A model generated the notes under the pieces. The model saw only the letters and a program-made list of their open reading frames with translations. It did no database searches and was not told the DNA's origin. The position numbers and the translations under genes are program-made. Positions 1 through 13,440 of a DNA stretch of 64,000 bases are shown here, piece by piece; the first letter of the stretch is position 1; each line of letters starts with the position of its first letter. Source of the stretch: Podarcis bocagei (Eukaryota); assembly GCA_964188305.1 (NCBI GenBank), contig OZ076889.1, one strand, 5' to 3'.

Positions 1-580
1 CTTTGGATGTTTGTAGAGTGCCCGGCATAAGGAGCCAAGCTGGCTCATCAGACTAATGAGCTGGCAGGGATCCTTGTAGCATCGTGGGTGGGTGTTGTGG
101 GGAGAGTCTTCCAGGATATTTGTATCCTGCCTCCCACTTAATGAGCATGCAAGTTGCTGGGTGTGGTAGGAAGGTAAAGATTGCCAGATCGAGGCACTAG
201 GCTGGCATGCAAAGCTGTAAAGAAGAGCTGGGGAGCTTGACAGCTCTCACACAGAGAGAGAATAATAAACACATGAGCCCCGCAATATTGCACTGGGACT
301 GAAGGAGCTCAGATGTGCTTGGTAAAGAATGTTGGCATGGCTTGCAGAGTGCCTGGAAGCACTGAACTCATTAGGTTACGTTACATGATAGTTGGAGGGG
401 AAGGCTGGGTGGGGCTGGGTGGCTGAGAGGGAAGAAAAACAAAAGAAGCTCTTAGTTCAGAACTTACAGGGTTCTCCAAATTCTAGTGAGGAACAGACAA
501 TACTTCCTGATGATTCTTGAGGGTATTAGGGTGTGGAGATTTTGGAGGCTAGTGTTAATGGCACTGTCTTGGCAACAGCT

Positions 581-970
581 TGTTGTTGTTTAGTCGTTTA
601 GTCGTGTCCGACTCTTCGTGACCCCATGGACCAGAGCACGCCAGGCACTTCTGTCCTCCACTGCCTCCCGCAGTTTGATCAAACTCATGCTAGTAGCTTC
701 AAGAACACCATCCAACCATCTCATTCTCTGTCGTCCCCTTCTCCTTGTGCCCTCCATCTTTCCCAACATCAGGGTCTTTTCCAGGGAGTCTTCTCTTCTC
801 ATGAGGTGGCCAAAGTATTGGAGCCTCAGCTTCACGATCTGTCCTTCCAGTGAGCGCTCAGGGCTGATTTCCTTCAGAATGGAGAGGTTTGATCTTCTTG
901 CAGTCCATGGGACTCTCAAGAGTCTCCTCCAGCACCATAATTCAAAAGCATCAATTCTTCGGCGATCAGC
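581..970 (-). mobile_element. BovB/RTE LINE 3' fragment
   Basis: ORF 590-919(-) RVPWTARRSNLSILKEISPERSLEGQIVKLRLQYFGHLMRREDSLEKTLMLGK...VHGVTKSRTRLND is the typical RTE/BovB C-terminus. It is followed by a (CAA)n tail (tgttgttgtt at 581-590) and is 5' truncated. Confidence 0.92.
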
Positions 971-3199
971 CTACTACAGCAGCATAGTCCTATTGGCAGA
1001 GGTTATAGTTCCCTGGAGGAAAACGTGTTTTGCATGCAGAATGCCCCAGGTTCAATAATTAGCATTTCCAACTGAAAAGATACCAAGTGGAGAAAAAGAA
1101 GAACCTTGGACTGCCACTGCTAAGATAGACAGTGCTGTCTATTGTGAGTTCTTCCCAAGGCCTACCTGTGTAGTTGCAAGAACAGCCATTCTGAAGTGTA
1201 ACATACAAACAAGTGGCATTTATTTGCTTGTCTCAGCTCAAAAATGTTCAGAGAGGGTGATGTTCCATCAGCCCTGCCATAGTTTACCCAAGTTAAAGTT
1301 CAATCCTATTTATTAAAGAAAAGGATACAGAGATGAAATAAAAAGAAAGATGCATTTGTATTAAATATATGTAACTATGACAAGTTCATCGTTCAAATTT
1401 CCTGGGCCTCTCACCACTGTTAACATGTAGCATGTCTGCCAAACCATATTCTCATTTAATGAGCTCCTTCTCTCCTAGAATGAAGAAGGCTCGGTTCATT
1501 TCACAGTTACCTGGAAATGTATCCCAAAAGCATTCTATAGTACAGCTGGAAAGAGAAACTTTGGGAGGAAGGAGTCACAAATTGAACTGAACTGGTGGGG
1601 TGGGGGAGGGGGGCGGCGGCAGACAGACAGACCAAGACAGAGAACATTTGAATGGTCCATGCCAGGTAGGAAGGTGACAGTGCACTAGCAGACACAGGTT
1701 GGATAACAGTCTCCTAAACATATGGACATTTTGGGAAACCCTAAGCAAGTTAATACCTTGCTATAGCCGATGAGTTACATTTTATGTATGCTTTGTTTTT
1801 ATTTATTTTGCATATTTTGATTACTGGTGTAGTGCTGGGAATGAAGAGCCCAAATCTCTGGTGTTAGGCACATCTATACCCTACCAAATTCCATGGGTCT
1901 GATTATGCACCGCCTTATCCAAGTGATAGCCCAAAGTTCTTATTAATACAGAGCTTGCTTCACGGAGAGGCAACTGCCACTTGCTGGGTTCTGTTCTACT
2001 CCAGCATGCCTAGATGTGTGACTTCTGTGTGCCGCTTCTGTGGGCAGCATTGGCATCACCCTATCATACCTTCAGCAGCCTGAATTTCCCTTGCATCTCC
2101 ACTTCATTTCCAAGTTGCCTAACCAAGCACCAACATGGTGACAGCCACATTTTACATTTCTGGCTATATAACCCTGCTGAGAGGCGGGTCCTGTGAAGCC
2201 ACATTTAGTGGAAACATTCAGTTAACACTGTCCTGGGGCCTCAGCAGATGTGCTTATAAACTTGCCACCTGACCATTTATATGCCAAATTGAGAGAAGAG
2301 TGGAGAGGCATCAGGAAATGGAAGGACCTTCGCCTTTGCTTTTGCAGTACCCTAGACTTGAAAGGAATCTTAAAAACGAGATTATTTTTTTTAATTCTAG
2401 AGAGCTGCAGATTGGAAGGAGGCCCAAACTTCCTTGTTTGTTGCATTTCACCAGTTGGGCTCAGGCTCCCTGATGGTTTTGGTTACCCTAAGTAACACCA
2501 TATTCTAGCTTAAAACATGGCGGGCAGGACTAGTAAGTGGCCTATGATGAACCAGAGTGCCACAGAAAATGGGTCAGGGTGGCGAGCTCTGTGGAAGGGA
2601 CAGATGGGCCACCACCCTATCTTGCATGTCAAAAACTCACAACCACAGAAAACATTAATTTTGGAATACCAACTAAATGCTCCTTTTTTTTGATGTGGCA
2701 ACCCAACTCCTCCTGTTCGGTGTACCTTTGTAAGAGTGGGGCCTAGATTTCTGCGTGCCTGGACCCTGCGTACCTGGGAGCCCTGCTGCTAAGTTCAAAA
2801 GTGAGAAAAAGGAGGGGGCTATTTAGAAGGGAGGGAGATGCATTCTGTATGCAGTCAAACCCGTTCCCTTGTTGCATCTTCACATGCTCCAGAGCCCACG
2901 ACTGAAAACGTGTGTGTCCCATGGAGCTGAGCCCACAACGTTTAATATATGCGATTCTATTTATTTTATTTGCAATATGGTGTGTACAGTTGACATTATG
3001 GGAAAATATCATGGCGACGAACAGCATAAAATCAACAATAACATAAGATTCACAAAACAAGTACGAAATACATCACAGATCGGCAGAGGAGGTCAATACA
3101 TCGCCGGTTCACCCCTCAGGTGAGCATCATCACCACTGGGTGATGAGATTCATGCCTTGGCTGGAGTGCGTGTGTGATGAATGGGTACTCCCCACCCCA

Positions 3200-4450
3200 C
3201 CCCCTAGGATCTTCTCCTCTGATCGGGACTGAGAGCCGGCGAGGAACCTGTGATCTCCACCAATCCCGAAGACGCTTTCTCCGCGTTCCCTAATCTCCCA
3301 CGTGACTTCTTGGAGAGCAGCCCCCCGTCCTGTTGCACTAAACGGGGCTGACGAGGGCGGCGGCGGCGGCGGAGACAGCGGCCCGGGGAGCGGGCTGGAT
3401 GGGAATGGCTGGCCGGAGCTGGCAGGGGCGGCGCTGAGCGCGCAGGAGGCGGAGCTGCCGGCGCGCCCAAGCAGGCCTGATCCGCTCCCCGGTGTGGGCG
3501 CCGCTCATCGTCCTGACTGGGCTCCGCTGTGCTGCCCGGGATGGGGCGCAGGAGCCGCTGTTGCAGCTGGCCGGGCAGCCGCCCGCTCTGAGGCCGGGCC
3601 GGGCTGGGCTGGGGCCGGGGGAGCCGCCGCGCCGTCCCCTGAGCCGCCCGGCCCGGGCGCCGAGAGACAGCGGCACCACGAGCGCACGGCGCGGCCGGGA
3701 ACGAGCAGGCGGTGAGCTGGAGCGAGCGGGGCCGAGCCGGGGAGGGAGTCCGCTGCTCGGGCGCGGGGAGCCCAGAGGGGCTGCACCCATCGCGGGAGGG
3801 CGGGCGGGTGGGCGAAGAGAGAGACCCTGCCTTTGCGGCCGCCCGCCTCCTTTTGTTGTGGAGAAGGGGCTGGGTGTGTTCCCAGCAGGTCTTCCTCACA
3901 CGGCTCCTCTCGGCGCCTCCATCACCTGCACCCACCTCCGGGGTTCAGGGGCGCATCCCCAGGCGGGGCGCTTCCTCCGGCACCTCAGCCATGTTTCGTC
4001 TGATCACCCACTCCTGGGCAAACTGGGCATTGTGTGGACCGATGGGCTTGGACATAGGTGTGTCGAGAGGCGCGGATGGATGCTCTCGCGTGTACCAGTT
4101 CTCGGTGGTGTGCAGCGTAGATGCGTGTCTCTAGATAACAGCTGTGCACGGATGTCTGTTTACAAGCAGGTGCGTGGGCGAGAGTAAAGGTGTGCCTCTG
4201 GCTGGCTGTCTGCGCGTATCTCTAGGATGCTGGCACTTGAGCCCCTCCCCCAGCCAGCCTCGCTCCCCCTCCCCCAAGATGGCTCCTGCACAATCCCCAA
4301 GGCGCTTCTTCGAGCAGAGAAAGGCTGGGGCTGTGTCTGGGCCGCCTGGGAATTGGGGAGGGGGGCGCTCTGGCACCTGCTGCACAAGCTTGTTCTCAGC
4401 CCCTCCGCCTCTGGGCCGGCTCACTTTTGAGGTTCTTCTACCCGTTTGAG
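3200..4450 (+). promoter_or_regulatory. B4GALT2: CpG island / B4GALT2 promoter and non-coding first exon (donor G|GTGAGC at 3711/3712)
   Basis: Very GC- and CpG-rich stretch with CCAAT (~3260), CACGTGAC (3299-3306) and a GGC run. A strong donor lies at 3712, and an acceptor at 11243/11244 precedes the start codon. Confidence 0.75.
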
Positions 4451-7400
4451 GTTCCTGACAAGACGGGGGATTTCCTGTTCCAGGCAGGGGGATCCGTGGA
4501 GAAACAATGTAGCCTTTCTCTTAGGAAAAGGGAAGGGGCAGCTGCTTTTAGGAACGAGGGGCCTCACAGCCAAGGCAGCCCAGGCGGAAAATAATGGAGC
4601 TTGTATATGTTTACCAGGCTGTGTGCTCTGTGTGGAACAGAATGGCCTTGTTGCTGTCTTTTGGATCAGTTTTGCAAAAAAGAAGACGAGAGGAATAAAC
4701 ACACACACAACAGCAACCCTTGGCTGGCATCCACTTACCTTTCCCAGAGCTTCCCCATGGGCTTCTCTTCAGCCAACTGGTTTTGTGGCCCCTTGGGAGC
4801 CATATGGGACTAGGGGCTAGCACTATACAGTATATAGCCTAGAAATGTGTGTGCCTGGGAAGCAGGGGGCTCTGTGCTGCCTGTGCCTTCCTGCAGGCAC
4901 CATTTACGAATGTTTCACTTTCCTGTTTTCACAGATAGGTAGATAGGTAACTTTCCAAAACAGGTAACTGTTAGGGATGCTTATGCCAAGTCAGGTCAGC
5001 AAGGAACATTAATGACCCGAGACTATGTTTTCTGACTCCAGTTAAAACCTGGGTATTTTTTAATGCCCACAAATTGTATAAACATTGGTGTCTGCTCTCT
5101 GGTGATCATCAGGCAGAAGACAAGACTGAATTTCCAGATAAATTATTCACAGCCAAGGAGCAGCCCAGCTGCAGTCTGGCTCCATTAGTGGATTGTTAAC
5201 ATTGCAAAAGCCCATCTCTCCAGCTTTGCTAACTTGTATTTTGCACAGCTTGCCTGTACTCTGTTTGTACAATGGGATATCCAGCTACATACTTAATCGA
5301 GGGGAAAGGAATGGAGAGACTCCTGTGAGGGAAAACACAGGCAGACCTGGGATGCCATCTCATTTAAGAGGCTGCTGTAGATAATATCCTAGGAATAAGA
5401 TGGTGGCTAATGGGCTCCTGCGATGTGTACTAGCTTCACAAATAGTCTTTCTTGCCCCAGAGATGAGCTGTCTCTGATACACGGGCCAAGTTGCCACTTA
5501 AGCAGTTTCTGACTTCTGCCTCTGTTTCTCATCCTCTTGTGTGAGAGGAGGCCTGGGGTTTTCTTGAATGCAGTGGATGTAGGTTGGCAAAGGAAGTATC
5601 TGAGGATGAACTCGGGGACCAGCAAAGCTCCTGGGAGGAGATAATTATATTCCTTTGGCACCCACTCCACTAGCCAGAGTGCAGCAAAGCCATAATTTTG
5701 AAGGAATTACATGATGGACTACAACTTTACCAGGCCCAGCTAGCATGTGCCATCTAGGGCGGTTTGGGAGTTATAGTTCAAAACTTTGGAGGGTGCTATG
5801 TTGACAAGGGCTGCTTTAGGACAAGAGACATCTGGTTGACAGGTAAAACATAGTGGTTCTAGGATGCCAATGTGTATCCACATATTCTGTTTTGAGATAT
5901 TTTGTTCCTTAAGAGGAGCCATCTTATTGTGAACAAGGATGTGTCTGGACTGGTTTTCTTAATCTTCAGGTTCCCAGTGGCAAACTTTGGATCCCCAAAT
6001 TTCAGTGGCACCCTGTGTGATGCTAAACTTTGGTGCCCCCCTCTCATGCCCCATTCTACATCACTGTTGTGGTGCCCCCCTGTGGTGCCAGTGCCTAGTG
6101 CGGCCAAACTGGCTGCGCTACCTTAAAACTACCTCTGAGGTTCCCCACACCCTTCCATTTAAGCAAGGCCTTGTTATCTTCACCACGAATAGAGCAAACT
6201 CTGGTGAGGTTATTCATCCAGCAGACTCAGCAAGGCACTGGGATGCTGTCCTGGCACACGTTCTGAGAAATGGCTACTTTTGAGATTCCAGCTCTGCAAT
6301 GTGGTTGGAGTAGAGCAAGTGCACCCGGCCCATTGCGAACCGTTAGGAAGCTACATGGCCCTGAGACTAGTGTGATGTGCTCTGCAGCCCGCTTCTGCTT
6401 GGAGCATGACCCATATACAGCAGTGGTGCTGGTGTCAGTTGGTTTGGCAAGGAAGCTGCAAATTTGTACGGGGCTTCATTCATTCCCTGAACCATCAGAA
6501 TGCCCCTGGCTATGTTGTCTTCTGCTCTTGAGCTCTCCTTAGTGTATGCTTTGTTGGGTGTGCCGTAGTGGCAGGTGAGATGTGTGAATCTCTGGAATGG
6601 GAATTGTTGCTTCAGCTCAGATGTTTATATTGTTCCTCTCATTGCACTTTCCTCACTGTGTCCTGGAGCAAGTAAGTAGGGTGTTTGGGACATGCAAGGT
6701 TAAAATTAAATGCGAGTGCCTTATAAATCCTTTTTCCACTCTGCTGCATTCACAATAAACATACTCAGGGGCATTACTAGGACCTTAAAATACTCAGGGC
6801 ACATGCCCATGATATATATTTGCATATGTTAATTTCCGTTCATGTGTAGGTGTAAATTTAGGCTCCCTTTCAAAGGGAAAGCTAGCCTGCAAGCAAAATG
6901 GTTTTGGGGAAAAAAAGAGGGGGGGGCAAGAGATCTAGGACCTAGTGCAAAAGATCCAGGACTCAAGACTTCTGTTCTATCCCCCATATAATGTCCCAGC
7001 ATGTATTTCAGAAGTTGTGAAAATCTGTGGTTTGTGTGCCAGGGTGAACACTGTCGTTTTAGTTCAACTCTTTTCAACCCCTAGCTCACAGCTGATATAA
7101 AAACTCCCTGCACATAGAAATGTGGGTGTTTGGGAGAAATCCATGCTTTCCCTGACATTTACATTACTTTGTGGGTGCATTTTTCCCCATGGGAAAGCAT
7201 TCAACCTCGCTCCCAACCTTCAGGTTAGATGATAGATCTTTAGGAAGAGTGTTACAATTTGGTTGTGTGATCTAGACCTGGATGAAGTGAAGATTCCTAT
7301 CCGTTAGGGTTGCATCCAAAGCAGCATCAACAGAGTCCTGCTGGCAACAGTGGCACTTCTGTTTCTTCTCCTACCCCTGGTGTTCCCCCAAAATCTTCTC

Positions 7401-7707
7401 CAGAGAGTTCCCCAATCCTCCAGAGCTGATTTTGAGAGTGTATGTGGAGCTGAATGGGAGAGGAGGCTCCATTCCATTAGCACAAGGTCTTTTGTACCAG
7501 TGGAACAGGAGCATTGGACACTGCCCACAGTCATTGTGAATTTGGAGGCAGAAGGAAGTAGTGATGATCAACTGATTGTTGTAAAATGAATACAGGAGTG
7601 TTTTCTTGTGCATACATATTTTGGAAAGAGTGACTACTCCCACACCCACCACCAAAATTTTATAATCTCAGGGTCATGGTCAAGGGTTCAGGCCTCATGT
7701 TAGGTGA

Positions 7708-7785
7708 AAGATTCCATTGCAGGTGGTTGGACTAGAATAGATGATCCTCGTGGTCCCTTCCAGCTCTACAATTCTATGATTCTGC
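7708..7785 (+). mobile_element. CR1 LINE 3' end fragment
   Basis: ggttggactaga...gatgatcctcgtggtcccttccagctctacaattctatgattct is the CR1 3' terminus with the ATTCTATG-type tail. Confidence 0.7.
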
Positions 7786-8201
7786 TATTCACTGCCTCCC
7801 CATGTAAGGAGAGAGTTATTGGCTTCTTCCCTTTTTGTGAGGGTCATAGAACTCTATAGTGCAGTAGTAAGGCAGAAAGTCTGCTGTTTCAGTCACAAAG
7901 GATGAAAGAGATTTTATGGGATTAAGGTATGTGGGTGAATGTACTGAATATGCAGCTGTCTGACGTGCTAAATGCTTTGTGATTAGCCCAGCATTTGCCT
8001 GAATGAAACAGCTTATTATAACTTTCCTCTGTATTAAGCTGAGAGCCAGATGCTTTGTCCTGGTGCCTGAAGTAGTTACTTGAAAACTTCTATTTCCTTC
8101 CATCAGTGGCAGTGAGTGCAGTGAAATGTTTGACTTTGGCATAAGGTAAGACTCCAAATAAATAAATCTATTGTTATAGAGACTTTATTCTTCTTCTAAC
8201 A

Positions 8202-8336
8202 CAGGGATGCAGAACCCCTGGCCCTCCAGATGTTTCTGAACTACCCATCAGCCCCAGCACAGAAATGGACAGTGGACAGGGATGATGGGTGTTGTATTTC
8301 AGCAACATCAGGAGGGCCAAAAGTTATCCACCCCTG
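8202..8336. mobile_element. Short hAT-type MITE
   Basis: CAGGG...CCCTG termini with an 8-bp TSD ttctaaca (8194-8201 and 8337-8344). Internal sequence is related to the copies at 17549 and 45255. Confidence 0.75.
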
Positions 8337-9800
8337 TTCTAACAAAACCTACTTACACACAGTCCCATGTTCAGTACTTCCTAACATTTCAAACAGCTAG
8401 AATGAATTAAAGGAGCAGGGTTATTATTATTTTTAAGCTGATATTTCATGCACGGTAACTTGAGATGATGATGATGATTATATATTTATACTCTGCACTT
8501 TTCCCTCACAGGGATTGTGAAGGTCTAGGTGGGGAAACAAAAATATTTGGAGGGGATACCCAGTTCCACACCAAAAAGCCTTACCCTGCCCCCTAAGGTG
8601 AAAAAATAGGCTTATGAAACATTTTCTTTTGGAACGGTGGATAGAGTTTTACTCCCCAAAATGATTTCTAAAAACTTCATAATAGGAAGACTTTTATGTA
8701 AGACTTTGTACAGTACAAGATCCTTACAATATTATTCCTGTACACTTAGAATAAGCAGGTCACGAGTTGCACACTGAAAGCACAATTCTCAAATGCAAAA
8801 GCAAGTTGCATTGCTACCTCTGTGAGGCACTGCAATTGACATGTGAAAGATTCAGTTACTTTGCTTGTGGGCTTCCTCTTGTTGGCACAGTTGTTGGGTT
8901 TGTTTCCGTGCTCTTGCCTGGGCCTCAAAGGACTGTGGGTGTGAGTGGAGAAAGTAGAGGTTTTAGAAGTCTCTGATAAATATGATGACAGATATTAAGA
9001 AGCAGAAACTGATGGCAATAGCTCTGAAAATGAGACTGATTAAATTCCATGTAGTATCCATTGAGTCTTGGTCACCCTCTTTCCCCCTCTCAGTTCTTTT
9101 TATGGAATTGAGTGCTTTATGTCTGCTTGACACTTTGGAGGTCTGGAGGTGACAATAATATTCTTTGTCTTGCTATAATGTTGATGATTTATTCTCTCTG
9201 TATAGTGTTTTGCCTGCTCCTCATAAACTGGCAGAACCAAAGAGATGCTAGGTTCTTTACAGCCTTCTTGACCATTTGGCCCACTATTGGTCTCTTCTGC
9301 TGAACACGTTGGAGCCTGTCTTTGCATGCAGGGAAAGTCCTTAACTTACTGAGGATTTGAGATCCATTGGCCACCCTTACCTGGTTTAGCCAGCCAGTTG
9401 AAGCCATTTCCTGGAGTGTGCCACTGTCACATTCTGACAACCTATAGGAGCCACAGGTGAGAGCTGAGTGCAGGGTGGGAACCAAACATGGACAAACTTT
9501 CCCAGAAAGAGCATTACGAGTCTGCTGCCAGAGGTACTCCTCCTCTCCTACCACCCCTCAATCTGCATAGTGCATTTCAAAAGTATTGCAAATGTTTCAG
9601 GGTCCCCAGAAATGTCTATTTTGAGGTAGTGGTGGAAAAAAACCTGGGTTTTTTAATCATGGCTTCAATATTTCCAGAAAATTTACTTCTCTAATTAGAC
9701 TTCAGACTCCTTGGGAATCCTAAGGTTACTTCTCTAGTTAGACTTTAGTCTCATTGGGAATCCTAAGAGTGCCATCCTAAACATTCCTATTCAGAAGTAA

Positions 9801-10160
9801 AGGTAAAGGTACCCCTGACCGTTAGGTCCAATTGCGAACGACTCTGGGGGTACAGCCCTCATCTCACTCTATAGGCCGAGGGAGCCAGCGTTTGTCTGCA
9901 GACAGCTTCCAGGTCATGTGGCCAGTATGACTAAGCCACTTCTGGCAAAACCAAAGCAGCGTAAAGAAAGTCATTTACCTTTCTGTCGGAGCGGTACCTA
10001 TTTATCTGCTTGCACTTTGATGTGCTTTCGAACTGCTAGGTGGGCAGGAGCTGGGACCGAACAATGGGAGCTCACCCCGTTGTGGGGATTTGAACTGCCG
10101 ACCTTCCGATCGGCAAGCGCTAGGCTCAGTGGTTTAGACCACAGCGCCACCCGCATCCCT
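9801..10160 (-). mobile_element. Sauria SINE
   Basis: tRNA-like head, BovB-like tail and (ACCTTT)n end, with a 14-bp TSD ctattcagaagtaa (9787-9800 and 10161-10174). Confidence 0.9.
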
Positions 10161-11310
10161 CTATTCAGAAGTAAGTCCTATTAAACACAGTGGGGCTTAC
10201 TCCCAGATAAGTGGGGCTAGGAGTACAGCCCTGCTCTGCATTCTGTTCTTTCTGCCTGCTTTCTGCTATTATCCTACAAATTCGTTGTCATAGATGAGGG
10301 GGGATCCTGCTGATAAGGATAAGGTCAGATACTCTTCACATGTGTGCAATTGTGCCTTAGATCCAGCTTGCCTTTTTTTATCCACACACAAAAAAGGGAC
10401 TCCAGCATGGGACAGCAGATTTCAAAGTGAAAATGGAACAGCCCCTCTTAAATAAAGCTCCTGTTGAGAATTGTTCCCTTCCAAATGCTGTGGAACTGGT
10501 GCCTTTTTCTGATAAGAGGTATGATGATGGGTGATTGATCTGTGTTATCTGTCATGTCTGTGTGTGCAGGCTGTAGATCTTTGAGGAAGCAAAGGATAAT
10601 TGAATACAGAAAAGAGGGCATGGGTGGGGTGCTGGTCTGGTGTGGTAAAGGTCTAGTTCCAGAGCTGGTATCTGAATTGTTGTTGGAGAGATAAGACAGG
10701 CCCTGATCCCTGGAAAGGGATGCAGTGCCTAACTTGGATCATTCACCTCTTGATTCCTGTGTCTGCCCTCCCCAAAGCTCAAGGGACACCTGCCCTTCTT
10801 TCATTTCTGATGTTAAGGGCAGAAGGATATCAGTGCTGGCAAGTGGGAAGCCCTCTCCTTCCTTCTTAATAACCCCTTGTTGAGTGCCAGCCCTTCATCT
10901 CTTTTGTTTTGGTTTCTTTGGCTGGGCTGCTTCTTGCCCATTTGCCAACATTTCTTTATAGGGGGAGATAGAATGTCAGGAGAGTTATTAGATTGAAAAA
11001 GCTCATCTACTTAGACTGGAATCAATGCCATAGTGTAAGCATGCATAGTCATTCTGCAGGTTGTGGGTGATGGTAGTGATAGGATGGCCACCCTTTCCCC
11101 ATGAAACATGCCCAAAATTTGTGGGGAAGACAGAAGGGGTAATACTTGCTTGCCTTTAACACACTGTGCTCTAATGAGAGTGATTGGTGGGTGCTGCTGG
11201 TAGGGAAGGTGTATTTGCTGACCCCTCCATCTTTCCCAAACAGGCTTGGTGCCTGGGCCAGAGCCCCCTACACTGTGCCCCCCTGATGCTGGCTGGCCTG
11301 TGCCCAGAAG

Positions 11311-11620
11311 ATGAGCAGATTGCTGGTGGGAGTGACCCTGGAGAGGATCTGCAAAGCTGTGCTGCTCTTATGTTTACTGCACTTCCTCATCATCATGATC
11401 CTCTACTTTGATGTCTACGCCCAGCGCCTGGACTTTTTCAGCCGCTTCAATATGCGCAACTCCTCCCGCACTCTGCCCTACGTCAACGTCTCTCGGCCTA
11501 ACGGGACCGCTGGGCCTCTGGGCCCTGAGCTCCTGGCCCCGAGTGTGAAGTCCGTCAGTATGAACAGCACTGTCACCGAGAAGCCCTTACCACCTTGCCC
11601 AGAGATGCCTCCTGGCCTAG
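11311..11620 (+). CDS. B4GALT2: Beta-1,4-galactosyltransferase 2, coding exon 1
   Basis: MSRLLVGVTLERICKAVLLLCLLHFLIIMILYFDVYAQRLDFFSRF...PCPEMPPGL; donor gtaag at 11621. Confidence 0.96.
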
Positions 11621-12653
11621 GTAAGATTACAGATGAGCTCTGTCTGCCTCATGCCGTGTCCTACAGAAGGCCCTTTAGTGGGGAAACTGTATTGCAGTTA
11701 TTGGGTTTATTTGTGCCCTGCTTGCCACCTGCTGTTTCCCTGTCAATGCAAATATGTCAAGTGGCTTTGGCTCCTGATAATAGGAACTAGAAGATCTAGG
11801 AATCTGCAGAACAGGCATGGTATTGCAAATCATAGGCTCCAATAGCCTCCACCATTGGAGCCAATCCTGCAGTGGAAAAGCAGTTGGGAATATGTGAACA
11901 GTATTTGTTGAAAGCTGGCAAACTGAATAGTGTTCTTAGTATATTTACAGTGATCAGATAGCGGACTTATTATTTCCTTTTTTGCCATGGCAACTCCTTG
12001 TCTCTTTCCCAGCCCCACTGTACCTAGCTGGTGCCTTTCTGCAAGTGGGCTACAAGTAATTGGGGAAAGGGCTCAGCTTCTGCACAGACATGGCTTAGTA
12101 GGGGCTACAAGGGTTAGCTCCTTCTTATGCTGATCTCTTCGAATGAATGCATGAAGTAGACCAGCTTTCACTCACCTGATGCCCTCCAGATGTATTGGAC
12201 TATAACATGGCTGCTGAAACTTGTAGCGCAAAAACATCAGGAGAGCACATGGTTGGTGAAGACCAAAGTAGACCATCTCCTCACCCTAGGGGGTAAAACA
12301 TTTAAGGCATGGGGAACTTAATACCCTTATTCCTGACAGGTGGATAAAGAGTTGAAGCACAAGTTTTGGTATTGATATTTAACTGGGGCTAAAACTTTTA
12401 TTAAACAATGCAATCTGCAATGAGCAACAACCTTTCCTGTTAACTCTGAATCACTTAGCTGGGTATTCGAGTTAACTCTGCTTTGACTGTTTGCTGTCTC
12501 TATGCTTGATACATGTTTCGGTTTTTAGGTTTCTTTGCTGATTTTTTTCTGGGCAGTGCCCCGCCAACTTGGCTAGTGAAAGGGACATGAGCTGTTTGTG
12601 TAAGTCAAGAGGCCGTGGCTGATGCATAGATAATGGAGTCCTTTCTCCTGCAG

Positions 12654-12889
12654 TGGGCCGGCTCCTTATCGAGTTCAGCACTCCCATGAGCATGGAGCGG
12701 GTGCAACGGGAAAACCCAGATGTGCGGGAGGGCGGCAAGTATTCTCCCCCAGACTGTGTGCCTCGCCAGAAGGTGGCCATCCTCATTCCGTTCCGGCACC
12801 GGGAGCACCACCTCAAGTACTGGCTGCACTACCTGCACCCGATTCTACGGCGCCAGAAGGTGTCTTACAGCATCTATATAATTAACCAG
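12654..12889 (+). CDS. B4GALT2: B4GALT2 coding exon 2
   Basis: VGRLLIEF...KVAILIPFRHREHHLKYWLHYLHPILRRQKVSYSIYIINQ; AG/GT bounded, 236 nt. Confidence 0.96.
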
Positions 12890-13440
12890 GTGTGTATAAA
12901 ATGATAATGTGGGGGCAGTGGTGCAGTTGGGTCATTGAGCATTCTGGACTGAATGGTCTCATGGATATCCCCTTCAGATGGTAATGTGCATTACTTCAAA
13001 ATATGGTGTTCCAGCCCTGCTGTCCTCCAAAGCAGAAGGAGTAGGGCCTGGATATCTGACCCAAAGTTCTGTCCTAATGGCACCACTGATGTGGAAGAGA
13101 GCAAGATGGTTGGATTTAGAACATAGTGCCATCCGGTTCCCTTGAGAGGAACCTGATTAGGGAAAGTGGTATGTTAGTTTTCATTAATATATGCCTCTCT
13201 GTTCTGATTGGAAGCAAAGGCTTCCTGCTTTGTGGGGGAAGCAGAGTGTGGGCCTTACAATGCACCATGAACTTTGCACCCATGGTAAGTGTGGAATGTG
13301 ATGTAGATGCTTCTCACTTGCTTCTCGTTTAAAAAAATCAGGCCTGCTCTCTGACATGACGATAAACCCGAAATACAGTTGATGGGACTTTGCAAGATCT
13401 ATAAAGGGAGATAGAGCAGTTCACAATGAAATCTAACAAG

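Noticed and set aside
1-580. Possible 3' end of ATP6V0B (expected upstream by synteny)
   Set aside because: No recognisable coding exon in the window.
3204-4449. Long overlapping ORFs (up to 243 aa) on both strands
   Set aside because: Low-complexity Pro/Arg/Ala/Gly translations expected from a stop-poor CpG island, with no domain. The 3302 frame, if spliced, hits TGA at 11284 before the B4GALT2 ATG.
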